A stretch of 63,751 bases of DNA from Candidatus Micrarchaeum sp. (lineage in GTDB: Archaea; SpSt-1190; DYHY01): contig DYHY01000001.1 of NCBI GenBank assembly GCA_020723935.1, forward strand, positions 51,265 to 115,015. The letters are read 5' to 3'. Below, piece by piece: positions 61,303-63,751 of the stretch. The position numbers were made by a program, and so were the translations under genes. The notes beneath the pieces were generated by a model. That model searched no databases and had not been told where the DNA came from. It was given only the letters and a program-made list of their open reading frames with translations. Each line of letters opens with the position of its first letter. Position 1 is the first letter of the stretch.

Positions 61303-61908
61303 TCAGTTGGGCCCTTCCATGTAGGAGGGGAGCTCGTCCATCGTCTCCCAGGTCTGGACCTCGCCCTCAACGTCGAGGGCGACCTTGTACTTCTTGCCGA
61401 TGCCGTCCTTCAGGTAGACGTTCCAGAGCTTGAACTCCTTCTCGCTGGCGATGATCTTGAGGCCGGGCGGGTTGAACTTGCGCTTGACGGTGTCGAGGGC
61501 TATCTTCTCGGCGTCCTCGATCTTTATCCCCTTGCGCACGCGGGTGATGTAGTCGCGGCGCTCCTCCTCAAGGCCCAGGAGCTCCTTCTTCTTGAGCTTC
61601 TGGAGGATCCAGTCGACGACTATGAAGGCGACGCCGAAGATGACGAGCCAGAGAGCGAACTTGAGGAAAGTCTCCTTGGCGATGGCGGCCGTGAAGAGCT
61701 TGTAGACCCCGCTCTGGGCCACGACGAAAAGGAGGGCGCCGAGGACTATCATCGTCGCCCCGAAGCCCTTCGCCCCCGATTCCTTCAGGTAGGTCGCGTA
61801 TTTCCTGACGCGGATGGAGAGGTAGAATAGGCCAAAAAGAATGGCCAAAATGACAAGTATCTTCTCGATCGAAAAGCTCCCAAAGAGAGGAAGTCCCGCC
61901 CAGAGCAT
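61303..61908 (-). CDS. Membrane protein (3-4 TM helices) with a small C-terminal soluble domain
   Basis: 201-aa ORF directly downstream of rpoH. Confidence 0.45.
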   Translation of the reverse strand: MLWAGLPLFGSFSIEKILVILAILFGLFYLSIRVRKYATYLKESGAKGFGATMIVLGALLFVVAQSGVYKLFTAAIAKETFLKFALWLVIFGVAFIVVDWILQKLKKKELLGLEEERRDYITRVRKGIKIEDAEKIALDTVKRKFNPPGLKIIASEKEFKLWNVYLKDGIGKKYKVALDVEGEVQTWETMDELPSYMEGPN

Positions 61909-61909
61909 A

Positions 61910-62323
61910 CTAGATGCTCTTCACGACCAATCTATAATAGTATGCTTGGCCCGCAGTGGGGCTTTTCCTGCATATCCTCACGACGTTGCTCGCCTTGGCT
62001 CCGATCTTGAGGCACATAGGGTCCGTGTCAAACATCCTGGGGAAGTCCGATATCTTGCAGTGGTGCTCGGCGAGGACTTGGGAGACCTCGTCTGGCTTCA
62101 TGATCTCGTGCTTGGGGACGAAATCGTGTTCGGCGATGTCGACTTTTATTCCCTTGGCCCCCTTGAAGAACTTGCGGATGTCCTCCTCGTCAACCTTCTC
62201 CAGGATTGCTGCTATGAGCTTGGCTTTGTTGCCTTTCGCCTCGAGCTTCTGGTCCTTCCCGAGCTGGATTATCTCGTTGTAGCGCAGCTTCTCAAGGAGG
62301 TGCTCCACCTCGGAGTCAGCCAT
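61910..62323 (-). CDS. rpoH: RNA polymerase subunit Rpo5/RpoH with an N-terminal SAP/HeH-like extension of about 60 aa
   Basis: The C-terminal HDFVPKHEIMKPDEVSQVLAEHHCKISDFPRMFDTDPMCLKIGAKASNVVRICRKSPTAGQAYYYRLVV is the RpoH/Rpb5 C-domain signature. The N-terminal LRYNEIIQLGKDQKLEAKGNKAKLIAAIL fits the helix-extended-helix pattern. Confidence 0.8.
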   Translation of the reverse strand: MADSEVEHLLEKLRYNEIIQLGKDQKLEAKGNKAKLIAAILEKVDEEDIRKFFKGAKGIKVDIAEHDFVPKHEIMKPDEVSQVLAEHHCKISDFPRMFDTDPMCLKIGAKASNVVRICRKSPTAGQAYYYRLVVKSI

Positions 62324-63368
62324 GGCGGACCCTCCTTTCGAGCGTTCTTAAAGCTTCCGATGTCGCCGAAAGGGGGTCGAAGCCTGACGCGCCGACGCTC
62401 GTCTTCCTCCCGTCCGTCTGCTCGAGGGAGAGCTTTATCTCCCAGCCCTTCGCTATCCTCTTGAAGACGACCTTGGTCGTGGACGGGCCCAGGGACTTGC
62501 CGAGCTTCCTCATGCTGTCGAAGATGAGCGCGTTGATGGACGCCCTCTCGAAGGACTCGAGACCCACGAGGCCGACTATCTGGACGGAGATCCCGCTCGT
62601 CGGCATCTGCGCGTCCAGGTACTTCCTTATCAGGTGCTTGCATTCTATCTCCCCGATGAGGCGACCGCCGTCGGCGACCGCTACGGCCTGCACGCCGTGC
62701 TTGACCATCGCTGCGACCGCCTTCTTCAGGGGGTCTGAGGGGGACACAAAGAAGACGTCGTGGAACATCACTTCGGAGACGCGCCTCTCGTCCTTCCTCT
62801 GGAAGGGCTTGGAGAGGATGGCGCTGTGCGTGACGACCCCGGAAAGGTCCCCCGATGGGGCGACGACGTAGACGCGCCTCACCCTCCCGCGGCTCATGAG
62901 CTCGCGCAGGTCCGCGACCTTGGAGGAATCGCCGACCGTGTACGGATGCCTGTTCATGACCTCGTCCGTCGTTATTCTGGAGAAGTCCAGCGCGGAGAGT
63001 ATCGTCGTCACCTTCACCTCGCCTACGAGGTTCCCCTTGTCGACGACCGGGAGCTCCTGCAGGCCGGAGGATGCGAAGAATTCCAGGGCGTCCTTGACTG
63101 TGGACGTCGCGGAGAGGACCGGCGGGCTGAACGCGATGGTCTTCGCCTTCTCCCCGGGCTCGGCGAGGAGGATTGCGCTCTCCAGGACCATACCGTAGAA
63201 CTTCTTTTCATCCGTCACGACGAAGAAGTTCCTGCCCTTCCTCGCGACCGAGGACACCGACTCCTTGGCGTCTATCGCGGAGGGCTTCCCTGAAAAGCCC
63301 GGAAAAACTTTGCCTGAAAGCTGGACTGTGCCCGCCTGCGCGCGCGCCGTTGTCGTAGTGGTTGCCAT
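62316..63368 (-). CDS. CBS-domain protein (tandem CBS pairs) with a C-terminal alpha/beta domain
   Basis: Repeated ...LPVVDKGNLVGEV... and ...VAVADGGRLIGEI... CBS patterns. 350 aa. Confidence 0.7.
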   Translation of the reverse strand: MATTTTTARAQAGTVQLSGKVFPGFSGKPSAIDAKESVSSVARKGRNFFVVTDEKKFYGMVLESAILLAEPGEKAKTIAFSPPVLSATSTVKDALEFFASSGLQELPVVDKGNLVGEVKVTTILSALDFSRITTDEVMNRHPYTVGDSSKVADLRELMSRGRVRRVYVVAPSGDLSGVVTHSAILSKPFQRKDERRVSEVMFHDVFFVSPSDPLKKAVAAMVKHGVQAVAVADGGRLIGEIECKHLIRKYLDAQMPTSGISVQIVGLVGLESFERASINALIFDSMRKLGKSLGPSTTKVVFKRIAKGWEIKLSLEQTDGRKTSVGASGFDPLSATSEALRTLERRVRHG

Positions 63369-63388
63369 GTCGGTCCTCCGGCGTGATT

Positions 63389-63751
63389 TCAGCCCGATTT
63401 AAGCCTTTTTGTCATGTAGGGGCCGTCCCTGGAATAGCCCAGCTTCGCGTAATAGCCGCGCACCCCGACGCCGCTAGTTATCGCAAGCTTCCGGAAGCCC
63501 GCCTCAAGGGAGAGTTCCTCGGCCCGCAAAAGGAGACCCTTCCCGAAGCCCCGGTGCTGGAACCCGGAAGCTGCCATCTGGCTGTCGGACGCCGCGCCAG
63601 AGACGGGGAGGGACCAGCCGTAGACGTGCAGCTCGCGCACGATTGCCGCGCCCTCGAGCTCGCGGCGCAGGGGCCGCTGCGGCATCCTCAGGCGCAGGAG
63701 GCCGACGAGGAGGACGTGCCCCTGCTCCGGGCAGAGCAGGAGCGCCGCGAA
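63389..63751 (-). CDS. elp3: Elp3-type radical SAM/GNAT tRNA-modifying enzyme. Only the C-terminal acetyltransferase domain is in the window.
   Basis: VRELHVYG, FQHRGFGKGLLLRAEE and GVGVRGYYAKLGYSRDGPYMTKRL are present. The ORF stays open to the window edge. Confidence 0.75.
   Translation of the reverse strand, partial: FAALLLCPEQGHVLLVGLLRLRMPQRPLRRELEGAAIVRELHVYGWSLPVSGAASDSQMAASGFQHRGFGKGLLLRAEELSLEAGFRKLAITSGVGVRGYYAKLGYSRDGPYMTKRLKSG

Overview
GC-rich archaeal chromosomal segment, apparently from an uncultivated lineage. Identifications are by eye from conserved motifs, with no database search. Intact housekeeping genes: ABCE1, NMNAT, Trm1, TFB, Maf, DRG GTPase, ScpA/ScpB, FKBP, the ftsZ-secE-spt5-rpl11 block, EndA, signal peptidase, TFS, PCNA, RpoH and an Elp3 fragment. 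Between them lie accessory islands. (1) 0.4-12.4 kb: an island rich in radical-SAM, UbiA, glycosyltransferase and sulfatase-like genes, several visibly broken or chimeric. (2) 14.5-30.6 kb: a minus-strand operon-like block, the strongest candidate for an undescribed system. It runs from a small ribbon-helix-helix gene through two giant paralogous secreted proteins (1983 and about 2364 aa) to a PGF-pre-PGF-type protein and a Cys-rich membrane protein. The giants carry tandem disulfide-type modules (C..W-G-C-P) and very many N-x-S/T sequons. (3) Two tandem M17 aminopeptidase paralogs share an 889-bp near-identical core. (4) Notable single genes: a pentameric ligand-gated ion channel homolog, a long eukaryote-type topoisomerase IB with a 9-bp coding minisatellite, and an RpoH with a SAP/HeH-like N-terminal extension. 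Most genes have an AT-rich TATA-like box 22-27 nt upstream of the start codon, suggesting leaderless mRNAs. Three divergent pairs appear to share one near-symmetric box. In-frame TAG/TGA codons, frameshifts and gene chimeras occur only in accessory genes. TAG clearly terminates many conserved genes, so I read this as gene decay rather than recoding. No rRNA, tRNA, CRISPR array, transposase or integrase was recognised.
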